Shown: piece after piece, positions 41,638 to 50,524 of the stretch | Layout of the letters: every line of letters starts with the position of its first letter | Position numbering within the stretch: position 1 is the first letter of the stretch | NCBI GenBank assembly: GCA_964446685.1 | Contig: CAYUPO010000001.1 | Location: 104,502 to 168,501, forward strand | Reading direction: 5' to 3' | DNA length: 64,000 nucleotides | From: an uncultured Gammaproteobacteria bacterium | Lineage (GTDB): Bacteria > Patescibacteriota > Microgenomatia > Daviesbacterales > UBA10151 | Made by a program: the position numbers and the translations under genes | Notes under the pieces: model-generated | Seen by the model: only the letters and a program-made list of their open reading frames with translations | Told to the model about the DNA's origin: nothing | Database searches by the model: none

Positions 41638-41750
41638 TTAGTAGATCGTTTTTTGTATATCGTGTATCGTTAATCGTATATCGGAAAACAGATTCCTGCT
41701 TTTTCCGATAAACCATACACGATTTACGATTCACTATTACGATTTACTAA
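41638..41750. repeat. Inverted heptamer array (ATCGT/ACGAT units) with a central REP fragment
   Basis: tatcgtgtatcgttaatcgtatatcgg ... ccgataaaccatacacgatttacgatt; centre ACAGATTCCTGCTTT matches part of the CGTCATTCC-family arm. Confidence 0.8.
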
Positions 41751-41866
41751 TAAAAACACCTCCTTTGGTAATTCTAACACGATTATCGCATTAGTTTGAT
41801 CTATTTTACCACAAAAAACCTAATTTGGGGAAACAAAAGCAAAGTCACCGTTTAGACAAATACTTG

Positions 41867-42237
41867 CTGAGCGAAGTCGAAGCATTTCAATATTGCTTTT
41901 TAAATAACTGATCATTATTATCCAGATCATGAGTAGCTGGAAATGGTTTGTGTATATTTTAGAATGTCAGGATGGAAGTTATTACACTGGATTAAGTTAT
42001 AGATATGATCAGCGATATGAACAGCATTTATCTGGATTGGGAGGTAAATACACAGCTAACCATGGAGTTAAAAAATTAGTATATGTTGAGGAATATGATA
42101 ACTTCGAGGAAGCTAAGTTAAGAGAAAACCAGATCCATGGATGGACAAGAAAAAAGAAAGAAAACCTAATAATAGGCAAATGGACAAAATGGCAATAGGG
42201 TTTTAGCCCAGTAATGAATTCCTTCGACTTCGCTCAG
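41867..42237. mobile_element. Putative GIY-YIG/REP module 2
   Basis: CTGAGCGAAGTCGAAG (41867-41882) and its exact reverse complement CTTCGACTTCGCTCAG (42222-42237) bracket the nuclease gene. Confidence 0.7.
41929..42198 (+). CDS. Small GIY-YIG nuclease (UPF0213/YhbQ-like)
   Basis: WFVYILECQDGSYYTG, R...H..G.GGKYT, RENQI.GWTR.KK; TTGCTT-17-TATTAT promoter. Confidence 0.93.
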   Translation: MSSWKWFVYILECQDGSYYTGLSYRYDQRYEQHLSGLGGKYTANHGVKKLVYVEEYDNFEEAKLRENQIHGWTRKKKENLIIGKWTKWQ

Positions 42238-42258
42238 GAAATATTAAATAAAATTGAA

Positions 42259-43257
42259 TTATTTAACGATAGTTTTGAGAAGATTGAGGGTTTTTGTTTG
42301 TCTTAAGGCGTGTCTTAAATGCATTCTTGGTTCCTGTGACTGGAATTGGGATTTGACTCTGGCGTCCTGGATCTTGTCTATTTCTGCCTGGAGCTCTTCA
42401 TCAGTAATATTTACATTTTCCATTCGAGCGATTTCGGAGAGACCAAGCTCCATTCGAACATTTCTTTCCGCCTGTGGACGCCATTCTGTTTTGATTTGTT
42501 CAGCAGTTTTATTTTGAGTTTTTAAGTATTCTTCAAGCAACATCCCTCTGTCAGAAACATTTCTTTGCAGAGAAAGCATCATTCTGTTTAATTCGTCCTG
42601 AATTAACACTTCTGGGATATCAACATTGGTGACTTTTTCAACTTCCTGCAGAATTGATTCTTCATAATCCAGTTCATTGTTGTATTTAGATTCACTTTCT
42701 AAATCAGTTTTAATTTTAGTTTTAAGATCAGCCAGACTTTCTGCTCCAACACCTTTGGCAAACACATCATCCATAGTTGCCTGAGCATTTTCGGCGTTGC
42801 GGGATTTCCAGCGGTTAAATAAATCATCGATTACTTTTTGAACTTCTTCATCAGTCACCTGTTTAGCAAGTGGTCTTTTAGCGTTTAAAATTTTGTAGTT
42901 ACCTATTTTAACTGTTGGTCTTTCAGTTACCTTAGCGGTAAATACTAACTGAGATCCTTTAGTAAATGAAATAACATTGTATTGTGGATAATCAATTGGT
43001 ACTACATTTGATCCCTGTAACGCTTCGATCAGAGCCTGAGGCATCACTATTTTGAAAACTTCCTGCTGCAGAGAGTTAGCAATTCTTGGCTCAACCATAT
43101 TAGCTGGAGCCTGACCTTTGCGGAAACCGGCAACCTCAACTTCTGAAGCTAACTTGTTATACATATCGTTCCAACGAGCCTCAATATCTGCCCATGGCAC
43201 GGTAATTGTCACTTCGACCTGGGCTTTTGGTAATTTGTTGATTGTTTTAGTCACCAT
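42259..43257 (-). CDS. tig: Trigger factor lacking the FKBP/PPIase domain
   Basis: GFRKGQAP ribosome-binding motif; N-domain runs straight into DD.FAK and the C-domain; only 332 aa. Confidence 0.9.
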   Translation of the reverse strand: MVTKTINKLPKAQVEVTITVPWADIEARWNDMYNKLASEVEVAGFRKGQAPANMVEPRIANSLQQEVFKIVMPQALIEALQGSNVVPIDYPQYNVISFTKGSQLVFTAKVTERPTVKIGNYKILNAKRPLAKQVTDEEVQKVIDDLFNRWKSRNAENAQATMDDVFAKGVGAESLADLKTKIKTDLESESKYNNELDYEESILQEVEKVTNVDIPEVLIQDELNRMMLSLQRNVSDRGMLLEEYLKTQNKTAEQIKTEWRPQAERNVRMELGLSEIARMENVNITDEELQAEIDKIQDARVKSQFQSQEPRMHLRHALRQTKTLNLLKTIVK

Positions 43258-43298
43258 AACTTCGTAAGTTTAGCAGAGCTTGAAGCTAAAATCAACGT

Positions 43299-43634
43299 TC
43301 AGCTATTAAATCTCTCAGCTTGTAAATCGATAATATCTTCAATAGCTCTTTCCCTCAGTTCGCCATCCTTATGAGCTCCACGAAATAAACCCTGATCTCT
43401 TTTAATCTCATCAGATGTTTGGGTTGCAAAATGATATGTTAAGGGCGCATCGAAACCAAGTGAAGGCAAACGCATTATTTTGCTTACTGCCGGTGGATGA
43501 TATTCAGGCGGATTCAGTTCTAATAGATCAAGTAATTTGATGGAATTTTTGTAACCAAAGGCCCAGACAGCTACTCTGATCAGTTTTGAAGGGGCTTCAA
43601 TATGATTAGAGGTGGTTTCTTTGCGTTGAGACAT
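43299..43634 (-). CDS. Hypothetical protein
   Basis: 111-aa ATG ORF. Confidence 0.55.
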   Translation of the reverse strand: MSQRKETTSNHIEAPSKLIRVAVWAFGYKNSIKLLDLLELNPPEYHPPAVSKIMRLPSLGFDAPLTYHFATQTSDEIKRDQGLFRGAHKDGELRERAIEDIIDLQAERFNS

Positions 43635-43664
43635 GCGGCTTATAGTAGCAACTTAGGGAGATTT

Positions 43665-44915
43665 TTACAAGCTTAGGTTACTCATAACTTCATTAAGCGG
43701 CATAATAATAAAATCTTTATCGCCTCTTTTTTTAAACTCAATCTTGTCCCCTGTTTTTCTGGAGATAACCAGCCTGTAAGGAATGCCAATGAGATCATAA
43801 TCAGCAAATTTAGCACCGGCTGTGATATCTTCTCGGTCATCATAAATTACTTCCACTCCTTTATCTAATAATGTCTGATAGGTCTCTTCTGCTTGTTTTT
43901 TGACTTCTGTGTCATTTAAATCCAGTCCAATAAGATGCACTTGAAAAGGAGCTACTGCTTCGGGCCAGATAATTCCTCTGTCATCATGAAAAACCTCAAC
44001 TAAAGTACCCATCACTCTGGTTGGACCAATACCGTATGATGCAAACCAGATTGGTTTGTTTTCACCGTTTTCATCTTTAAAGAACACTTTCATTTTTTCG
44101 GAATATCGGGTGCCTAAAGGGAAAATATTACCCACTTCAGTCGCTTTCATCTCCTCGATATCTCCTTTTCCGCACTGACATTTATCTCCAGTCTGACCTT
44201 CAAAGACCTCTTTATTCTGGGCAAAATCACATTCTTTGCAGAAATAAATAATATCCTCTCCGGCTGGGTTTTCAACCTGAAATTCATGGGTGTGCTTATC
44301 GGTAAAGACTCCCCCGCTGGCTTCAGCTACCATCACTTTAAAGCCAATTCTTTCAAATATTCTGACATAAGCCTGCTTCACTTTTTCATAATACTCAAGC
44401 ATGTTTTCTTCCGAAACATGGGCACTATAGAGATCTTTCATTAAAAATTCCCGGCCCCGCATAATGCCGGATTTTGCCCGTAGCTCGTTTCGGAATTTGG
44501 TTGAGAACTGATAAACTTTAACCGGCAGATCTTTGTATGACTCGATCGTTTTTCCCAGCAGATTCATGACGATTTCTTCATGAGTAAATGACAGACAAAA
44601 CTCGCGGTCATGAATATCTTTAAACTGATACATGATCTCTTTGACATCCGGATCTGACCATCTGCCTGTCTGATCCCAGATTTCCCGAGGATGAAGTAAT
44701 GGCATCGCCATCTCCGCTGCATCAGTTTTATTGAGCTCTTCCCGGATAATGTTATTAATTTTAGTTACTACTCTTAGTCCAAGCGGCAGAAGCGTCCAGG
44801 AACCTGCCATTAACTGGTCCATAAAGCCTCCCCTGACCAGAAGCTGATGATTTACAGCCGTGGCATCAGCTGGTGGTACTTTAAGTGTTTTTGGGAAATG
44901 TTTACTAAACCTCAT
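43665..44915 (-). CDS. proS: Proline--tRNA ligase (short form without editing domain)
   Basis: THEE, KFRNE.R...G.MR.REF.MKD.YS, EVGNIF.LGT.YS, YGIG..R. Confidence 0.96.
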   Translation of the reverse strand: MRFSKHFPKTLKVPPADATAVNHQLLVRGGFMDQLMAGSWTLLPLGLRVVTKINNIIREELNKTDAAEMAMPLLHPREIWDQTGRWSDPDVKEIMYQFKDIHDREFCLSFTHEEIVMNLLGKTIESYKDLPVKVYQFSTKFRNELRAKSGIMRGREFLMKDLYSAHVSEENMLEYYEKVKQAYVRIFERIGFKVMVAEASGGVFTDKHTHEFQVENPAGEDIIYFCKECDFAQNKEVFEGQTGDKCQCGKGDIEEMKATEVGNIFPLGTRYSEKMKVFFKDENGENKPIWFASYGIGPTRVMGTLVEVFHDDRGIIWPEAVAPFQVHLIGLDLNDTEVKKQAEETYQTLLDKGVEVIYDDREDITAGAKFADYDLIGIPYRLVISRKTGDKIEFKKRGDKDFIIMPLNEVMSNLSL

Positions 44916-44971
44916 AAGTGGGAATATTGTACCTATCTGATCTGTTTAACTCAAGTGATAATAAAGATTGA

Positions 44972-45595
44972 TTATTTTTGAATTAAATTGGCTAATTCAT
45001 CAGCGGTGTTTTCCAGTACTGTAATATTTGTAATAATCAGACTATCCGGAACCGGATCTTTTTCATTTATTCCTTTGGTAGTTATTACCTGACGTTTTGA
45101 TACCAACCTGCCCTGTTCACCCTGAAAAGAGTCAATTGTAAATGTTTTCATTGAAGACGCGCGGTCTATCCCCAATAAATCCTTTTGAGTGTCAGACTTA
45201 TATATAAAACTTTGCCTGGCATTAGCCAAAAACGTCTGGTAGTTTGAAAAGTAACTAACTCTGGTATCAACATCAGGAATTGACTGGATATCAAACAGAG
45301 TTTTTTTGGTTAGTGCTAAAAAAATAGCCGCTGTCTCTGTAGCATCTTTATCACTATCAATAAGTCCTAGTACTTCCTGGTATCTGCGCTGAGACAAAAG
45401 AAAGGAAAAATAAGCATGTGTTGCAGGGGTAATCCCAGATAACTTTTCAATAATCAATTCAGTTTTTTGTTTAACCGGGTAGTTCCATTGTCCGGGTACC
45501 AAACCCACTGTTGCAGCATACAGACCAAATAAAGGAAGTAATAAAACAGCTAATACTATTACTAAAATGCCACTGATTTTGAGGATTTTTTTCAT
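44972..45595 (-). CDS. Membrane-anchored hypothetical protein (DUF5667-like)
   Basis: N-terminal TM; VPG...YPVK...E, RR..E pattern. Confidence 0.65.
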   Translation of the reverse strand: MKKILKISGILVIVLAVLLLPLFGLYAATVGLVPGQWNYPVKQKTELIIEKLSGITPATHAYFSFLLSQRRYQEVLGLIDSDKDATETAAIFLALTKKTLFDIQSIPDVDTRVSYFSNYQTFLANARQSFIYKSDTQKDLLGIDRASSMKTFTIDSFQGEQGRLVSKRQVITTKGINEKDPVPDSLIITNITVLENTADELANLIQK

Positions 45596-45641
45596 ATACT
45601 CAGTATGAAGATTATGTAAGGGATTGGCAAGATTAGTTAAA

Positions 45642-46745
45642 TTAGAAAAATTTACTGATATCAGAAAAAGTTATTAAAAGCAGCAGTCCGAGCAAACAAA
45701 CCATACCAACAGCATGAATCACTCTTTCAATCTCAGCGTTAGCCTTGCGTCCAGTAAGCGCTTCCCACAAAAGAAAGAACAGCCTGCCCCCATCGAGCGC
45801 CGGAATTGGCAGTACATTGAAAAATGCCAGAGATAAAGAAATATTAGCCACAAACCAGATGTAAAACAGGAAAGCATCTTTGCCCTGATCAACTATACTT
45901 TTAGTGATTGAAACCAAACCAACAGGCCCGGCAACGCTTTTGGAAGCTTGGGAAACATTTCCCTGAGATAAATCACCAAAAACCCGGCCCAACCCCATGA
46001 TATTCACTCTGGTAACATCCCAAGAATAAGTGATTCCTGAAAAGATTCTTTCAGTGGGAGTCTTATATTCTTTAAAAGGGATCGGATTAAATACTACCCC
46101 AATTCTAAAAACACCATCTTCTGATTTTTTAGCTATCATTGTCAGGTTTCGGGTATTTTTGCCTTCCATATCTCCGACAACTAAACCTAATTCTGCATTT
46201 TCTCCTCTGGATTTGATCTCATTAATAACATCATCCGTTGTCTGGACTTGTTTGCCGTCAATAGATAATATTCGGTCACCAGCTTTTACTCCTGCAGCAG
46301 CGGCCGGAAAATCAGGCTCGACTTCTGCCACCATTGCTACGGGCTCTAAAACCGGATAAATTACTTTCCATCCCTGAGCAATAATCACTGCGTAAAACAA
46401 AATCCAGGCTAACACCAGATTCATGGCGACACCTGCAACAACAACTAAAATCCGTTTCCAGACATTTTGGGAAGCAAAAGATCTTTTGTCATCCAATACT
46501 TTTTTATCCACTTCATCTTCACCCAACAGTCTGACAAATCCGCCAAAAGGCAGCCAGTTGACTGACCAGATGGTCTCTCCAATTTTTTTACCCCAAGCCC
46601 GGGGTGGAATCCCAAAACCAAATTCCAGCACTTTTATACCAAACTTTTTGGCAGCAAAAAAATGTCCAAATTCGTGAATAACAACTAAAGTGATGATAGT
46701 AACAAGAAAGATTAGGATCGTAGGTATCAATTCAAGTAATGCCAT
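45642..46745 (-). CDS. rseP: Site-2 (M50) protease with a PDZ domain
   Basis: HEFGH, P.GGFVR, PDZ domain, NVLPIPALDGG. Confidence 0.94.
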   Translation of the reverse strand: MALLELIPTILIFLVTIITLVVIHEFGHFFAAKKFGIKVLEFGFGIPPRAWGKKIGETIWSVNWLPFGGFVRLLGEDEVDKKVLDDKRSFASQNVWKRILVVVAGVAMNLVLAWILFYAVIIAQGWKVIYPVLEPVAMVAEVEPDFPAAAAGVKAGDRILSIDGKQVQTTDDVINEIKSRGENAELGLVVGDMEGKNTRNLTMIAKKSEDGVFRIGVVFNPIPFKEYKTPTERIFSGITYSWDVTRVNIMGLGRVFGDLSQGNVSQASKSVAGPVGLVSITKSIVDQGKDAFLFYIWFVANISLSLAFFNVLPIPALDGGRLFFLLWEALTGRKANAEIERVIHAVGMVCLLGLLLLITFSDISKFF

Positions 46746-46803
46746 TTTGAAGCTTAAGAATAATGCAATTGAACCGAAGAATCAATAGAAGGTATCAGAT
46801 TAG

Positions 46804-46889
46804 AATATCAAATATCCAATGCCAAATATCAAATATCCAAACTTAGTATTGGTATTTATTTGATATTGGATATTAGATATTGGATATTT
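46804..46889. repeat. Inverted heptamer array (AATATCA/C vs TGATATT)
   Basis: aatatcaaatatccaa... / ...ttgatattggatattagatattggatatt. Confidence 0.85.
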
Positions 46890-47444
46890 CTAAATCTCTC
46901 TCAAATCAGCCTGTTTATCTTTGACCATTCCATCAACTACTGCGTTGGCTTTGTCTACCTGTTCCTGAAGCACTTTTTCTCGGCGGAAAAGTTCGTCTTC
47001 ACCGATTGCTCCGGATTCTTTTTGTTTGAGCCAATCCTCTTTTTGTTCCTGTCTGGCCTGGCGGATTGATACTTTGGTCTCTTCCCCTTTGGTTTGGGCA
47101 TATTTGACGAATTCTTCCCTTCTTTCAGCAGTTAAAGGGGGGATTGGCAGTCTGATGAGTGTTCCATCAACAGCCGGATTTAAGCCCAGTTTTGACTCAG
47201 TAATAGCTTTTTCAACATTTCTGACAACTGTTGCATCCCAGAGCTGAACAGTAAGCAGTGAAGGCTGGGGAGCCATTATTGTTCCCATCTCCATCAGTTT
47301 CATTTTACTGCCATAAGCTTCTACCATCAGCTCTTCAATAATTGCCGGATTAGCTCTGCCGGCACGGATGGCTGCCAGTTCATGTTTAAGGTGATCAAGT
47401 GAATTTTGGATTTTTTGATTTACTTCTGATAAAAAAGGATCCAT
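46890..47444 (-). CDS. frr: Ribosome recycling factor
   Basis: IRAGRANP, LGLNP, IPPLT.ERR; start at MDPF, as the longer ORF start runs through a repeat. Confidence 0.95.
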   Translation of the reverse strand: MDPFLSEVNQKIQNSLDHLKHELAAIRAGRANPAIIEELMVEAYGSKMKLMEMGTIMAPQPSLLTVQLWDATVVRNVEKAITESKLGLNPAVDGTLIRLPIPPLTAERREEFVKYAQTKGEETKVSIRQARQEQKEDWLKQKESGAIGEDELFRREKVLQEQVDKANAVVDGMVKDKQADLREI

Positions 47445-47452
47445 GTTGTTTA

Positions 47453-47479
47453 CAGATTCCTGCTTTCGCAGGAATGACG
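47453..47479. repeat. Single REP-like arm
   Basis: CAGATTCCTGCTTTCGCAGGAATGACG, the reverse complement of the 35590 arm. Confidence 0.9.
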
Positions 47480-47495
47480 ATTGCAAAGGTTCAAA

Positions 47496-47951
47496 TTATG
47501 AGCCTAAGGCAATTCTTGAGAAAGATTTTACCTGGATATTTTCGCCTAATTTAGCGATGGTTGTTTTGATTAAGGTTTCAATTGTCAGACTGGTATCTTT
47601 AATATATTCCTGATCCATCAGCTCTGCTGGATCTGCAGGATTCATTGATGCAATTTGGAGAGCTAAATCATGAGCTAAAGCTTTGAATTCTTCAGTTTTG
47701 GCTACGAAATCAGTTTCACATTTTAACTGAACCAAAACGCCGATTTTACCGTTGTGGGAATAAGCTTCAACAATTCCGGCACCTGTTTCTCTATCAGATT
47801 TGCCACCAGCTTTGTCTAAACCTTTTTTATGGAGAACTTTTTTGGCTTCTTCGAGATTGCCTTTAGTTTCTTCCAGAGCAGTACGGCAGTCAGCAATTCC
47901 TGCACCTGTTTCTTCTCTGAGTTGTTTAATTAGAGTTATATCAATAGCCAT
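47496..47951 (-). CDS. tsf: Elongation factor Ts (short form)
   Basis: IKQLREETGAG..DC..AL, CETDFVAK, LGENI.V..F.R. Confidence 0.95.
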   Translation of the reverse strand: MAIDITLIKQLREETGAGIADCRTALEETKGNLEEAKKVLHKKGLDKAGGKSDRETGAGIVEAYSHNGKIGVLVQLKCETDFVAKTEEFKALAHDLALQIASMNPADPAELMDQEYIKDTSLTIETLIKTTIAKLGENIQVKSFSRIALGS

Positions 47952-47956
47952 TGGAC

Positions 47957-48805
47957 TTATTTTACTTTACTGGATGATTCTGTGACAACTTCTTTTTCAA
48001 CCATCTCTTCTAAAGCAGCGGCTTCTTCAGCTACGGATTCAGAGATCTCATTTTCAGCTATGTCTTTAGATTCTTTTGGTTCTTCGGTCACTTTTTTCTC
48101 GCCTGTTTTGATACCACTTTCTTTTTTACCTTCAATGTAAGCATTAATGACTGTTTCACAGATCAGTTTAATCGACTTAATACCGTCATCGTTTGCCGGA
48201 ATCGGATAATCAAAAGTCATTGGATCAGCATTGGTATCTGAGATACCTAATACTTTAACACCAGTTTCTCCGGCTTCTTTAACAGCTATTTTGTCAGATA
48301 CTCCATCAACTACAAAAATTGCGTCAGGCAGCTTGGTCATATCAGCTACTCCACCTAATTCATAATCAAATTTATTAACTTTGCGAGCCATAAACAGCTG
48401 TTCTCTTTTGGTGTATTGAGTCAGTTGGTTTTTTTGCTGTCTTTCTTTGAGGTCAAGCAGTTTTTTGATATTTTTGCGGATTTCTTCGAAGTTAGTAAAA
48501 AGACCTTTAACCCATTTCTGAACCAGGTAATAAGTATCAGCTTCTTTAGCCAGATCCCGGATCAGCTCCTGAGCCTGTTTTTTAGTTCCTATCAAAAGCA
48601 TGATTTTGCCATCTTTTCCGAGCTGATAAGCTTTTTCTGTAGCTTCTTTGAGTAGTTCTTCAGTTTTGGCTAAATCAACTATCTGAACGCCATCACGAGC
48701 GCCGTAAACATATCTTTTCATTCGAGGATTGCCACGAGAAACTTTGTGCCCAAAATGAGCGCCTGCTTCAAGTAAATCCTGCATTGATGGTACTTTTGTT
48801 TTCAT
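47957..48805 (-). CDS. rpsB: 30S ribosomal protein S2
   Basis: LLEAGAHFGH, GTKKQA, G.FTNF, DTNADP, PANDD. Confidence 0.97.
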   Translation of the reverse strand: MKTKVPSMQDLLEAGAHFGHKVSRGNPRMKRYVYGARDGVQIVDLAKTEELLKEATEKAYQLGKDGKIMLLIGTKKQAQELIRDLAKEADTYYLVQKWVKGLFTNFEEIRKNIKKLLDLKERQQKNQLTQYTKREQLFMARKVNKFDYELGGVADMTKLPDAIFVVDGVSDKIAVKEAGETGVKVLGISDTNADPMTFDYPIPANDDGIKSIKLICETVINAYIEGKKESGIKTGEKKVTEEPKESKDIAENEISESVAEEAAALEEMVEKEVVTESSSKVK

Positions 48806-48815
48806 CTCTTTTAAC

Positions 48816-48895
48816 TCACACGGAAAAATCTAACACGTTTCCTGTAACTTCTCTAGTAGCGGAATAGTTAGGAAACATATCTACTAGATGTGTGA
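48816..48895 (-). promoter_or_regulatory. Structured rpsB 5' leader (putative S2 autoregulatory element)
   Basis: Minus strand: TCACAC...GTGTGA closing stem, GTTTCCT/AGGAAAC and TAACT/AGTTA stems, TCTAGTAG/CTACTAGA alternative or pseudoknot pairing. Confidence 0.7.
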
Positions 48896-48903
48896 TAAAA
48901 AGG

Positions 48904-48932
48904 ATTGTAAAAGATATAGGCTCAAAAGTCAA
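48904..48932 (-). promoter_or_regulatory. rpsB-tsf-frr promoter
   Basis: Minus strand TTGACT-17 nt-TACAAT just upstream of the structured leader. Confidence 0.75.
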
Positions 48933-48935
48933 CGG

Positions 48936-49190
48936 TTAATTAGCTTTGCGGCGATAATTAGTAGTCGGATTATTAATTGGTCTCTGTCTGGCCATTCCCC
49001 GAAGACCTCTTCCTGTAAAAAGGTCATCTTTCATGCGTCTAGGGTTGAAAACAACTTGAGCTTTACTTCGAGGAACATTCTCACCATTTGTTACAAAATA
49101 GGCTATAACAGACATCATTGCTTCAATTGCTTGTCCATTGCCAAGTCCCAGACCATCAAGGGCAACAAATTCAGGAGCTTTTTTACTCAT
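48936..49190 (-). CDS. Small hypothetical protein
   Basis: 84-aa ATG ORF with TTGACA and TATAAA-like boxes upstream. Confidence 0.5.
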   Translation of the reverse strand: MSKKAPEFVALDGLGLGNGQAIEAMMSVIAYFVTNGENVPRSKAQVVFNPRRMKDDLFTGRGLRGMARQRPINNPTTNYRRKAN

Positions 49191-49235
49191 GCGAATATTT
49201 ATATAACTCTAAAAAAGATTTGTCAATTGCTGAGC

Positions 49236-49775
49236 TTACTCAAGAATTTGGGTTTTGTAGTGTATTCCCTGTTCTTCAAAACTTTTTTCTTCTATTATTT
49301 TTTCAAATGCTGAATAATCCGGAAAATAGGTATCGCCTGAATATTCTCCTTCCACTATAGTCAGATACAGCCTGTCTGCTAAAGGTAGTGCCTGCTCATA
49401 AATCTGGCCTCCACCAATTATAAAGATCTCATTTGAATAAGTATCTTTTTTTGAGGTATCAAACGTATCAGATGTTGCGTTGGCTTTTGGTACTTTTGAT
49501 ACTTCTGATGCTTTTTCTGCCTCCTCTATCGCTTTATCTAATGAATTTACGACTATTGCTCCATCAACTTTATAATCTGGATCTCGGGTGATAATAATAT
49601 TGATTCTGTTTGGCAATACGCGGCCAATTGATTCATGTGTTTTTCTGCCCATGATAATCGGATGGCCAGATGTAATTTCTTTAAATCTTTTCAGTTCACC
49701 TGGGATATTCCAGAGAAGCTTATTTTGACCGCCAATCAGACGGTTTTTATCCATTGCTACAATTAGGGAAATCAT
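49236..49775 (-). CDS. folA: Dihydrofolate reductase with an in-frame repeat-derived loop
   Basis: IVAM...IG..N.L.W, IIMGRKT.ESI.R.LP.R, IIGGGQIY, GDTYFP. Confidence 0.96.
   Translation of the reverse strand: MISLIVAMDKNRLIGGQNKLLWNIPGELKRFKEITSGHPIIMGRKTHESIGRVLPNRINIIITRDPDYKVDGAIVVNSLDKAIEEAEKASEVSKVPKANATSDTFDTSKKDTYSNEIFIIGGGQIYEQALPLADRLYLTIVEGEYSGDTYFPDYSAFEKIIEEKSFEEQGIHYKTQILE
49439..49513. repeat. Inverted 9-nt periodic repeat inside folA
   Basis: GGTATCAAA-CGTATCAGA ... TTTGGTACT-TTTGATACT-TCTGATGCT, encoding ASEVSKVPKANATSDTFDTSKKDTY. Confidence 0.75.
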
Positions 49776-49776
49776 A

Positions 49777-50424
49777 TTAGGTCCTTTTGAGACTAGCTAA
49801 TCCTGGGCACAAGTCAGTTATTATCATTCTAGCTTGATTTAAGCATGGATTAACTCTTAATTTCATATTCAAAGGTACCAGTCTAATACCTGTAACTGCA
49901 AGAACAAGATTTAATTTAACAGTCAGTTTATCTAAAAATGCCGGGTCATTAAACTGGCAGTAACCCATTCTCTCCGACATTAATTCCAGATCATTAATTG
50001 CCCGGTAACTTTCCTCAAAAAAAGTACGCTCATCTGAAGGTAGTCCAGCCAACTCAGAATCAAATTTCTGGTTCCCATTTTGAACCTGATCAAATCTTGG
50101 ACCCGCAATAAAAGCAGATCGTGCTATAGGTATACCCTCATGGTCTAATGTCCGCTCTAAAATGGGATTGACTTCAAATGCACAGGGAAGTGTTCTATTT
50201 CCTATATTTAATACACTGGATACAGGAATCAATTTTAAATTTTCAGCTGCAGTATTGGTTACTTCTTGGTACAAAGCCACTTGTGACGGATCTGACTGCC
50301 ATGTTGGGTAATGCTTTAAAATCTCACCTGTGGAGGTCAGAAAAACATCAGAATCGGCACCATGGGCAATTTTTTTCAAAGAGGTTAGCTTTGCCATTTT
50401 TGGCAGTTCAGGATTAAAATTCAT
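49777..50424 (-). CDS. Hypothetical protein, possible degenerate protein-kinase-like fold
   Basis: IAHGADSDVF (Gly loop), ILKHY (beta3 Lys), P.N.K, IITDL; co-oriented with and 1 nt from folA. Confidence 0.55.
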   Translation of the reverse strand: MNFNPELPKMAKLTSLKKIAHGADSDVFLTSTGEILKHYPTWQSDPSQVALYQEVTNTAAENLKLIPVSSVLNIGNRTLPCAFEVNPILERTLDHEGIPIARSAFIAGPRFDQVQNGNQKFDSELAGLPSDERTFFEESYRAINDLELMSERMGYCQFNDPAFLDKLTVKLNLVLAVTGIRLVPLNMKLRVNPCLNQARMIITDLCPGLASLKRT

Positions 50425-50468
50425 ATCTTATAGTATACATAACATTTTAAAGTAACTCAATTCCGAAT

Positions 50469-50484
50469 ATACAACATATTGTTA
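50469..50484. promoter_or_regulatory. Putative NrdR box
   Basis: ATACAACATATTGTTA resembles the consensus acaCwAtATaTwGtgt and abuts the -35 of the thyA-like operon. Confidence 0.55.
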
Positions 50485-50486
50485 TA

Positions 50487-50515
50487 TTGAAAAAAAGTTA
50501 TCCATTTACTAGTAT
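50487..50515 (+). promoter_or_regulatory. Promoter of the thyA-like operon
   Basis: TTGAAA-17 nt-TAGTAT, 9 nt before the ATG at 50525. Confidence 0.65.
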
Positions 50516-50524
50516 GGTTTGATC

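Noticed and set aside
41630-41734. N-terminal extension of S21 in the ORF track
   Set aside because: It is read-through of the heptamer array; the likely start is the ATG at 41629.
47445-47486. N-terminal extension of Frr (MQSSFLRKQES)
   Set aside because: Encoded by a REP arm from a TTG; the ATG at 47444 gives a normal-length Frr.
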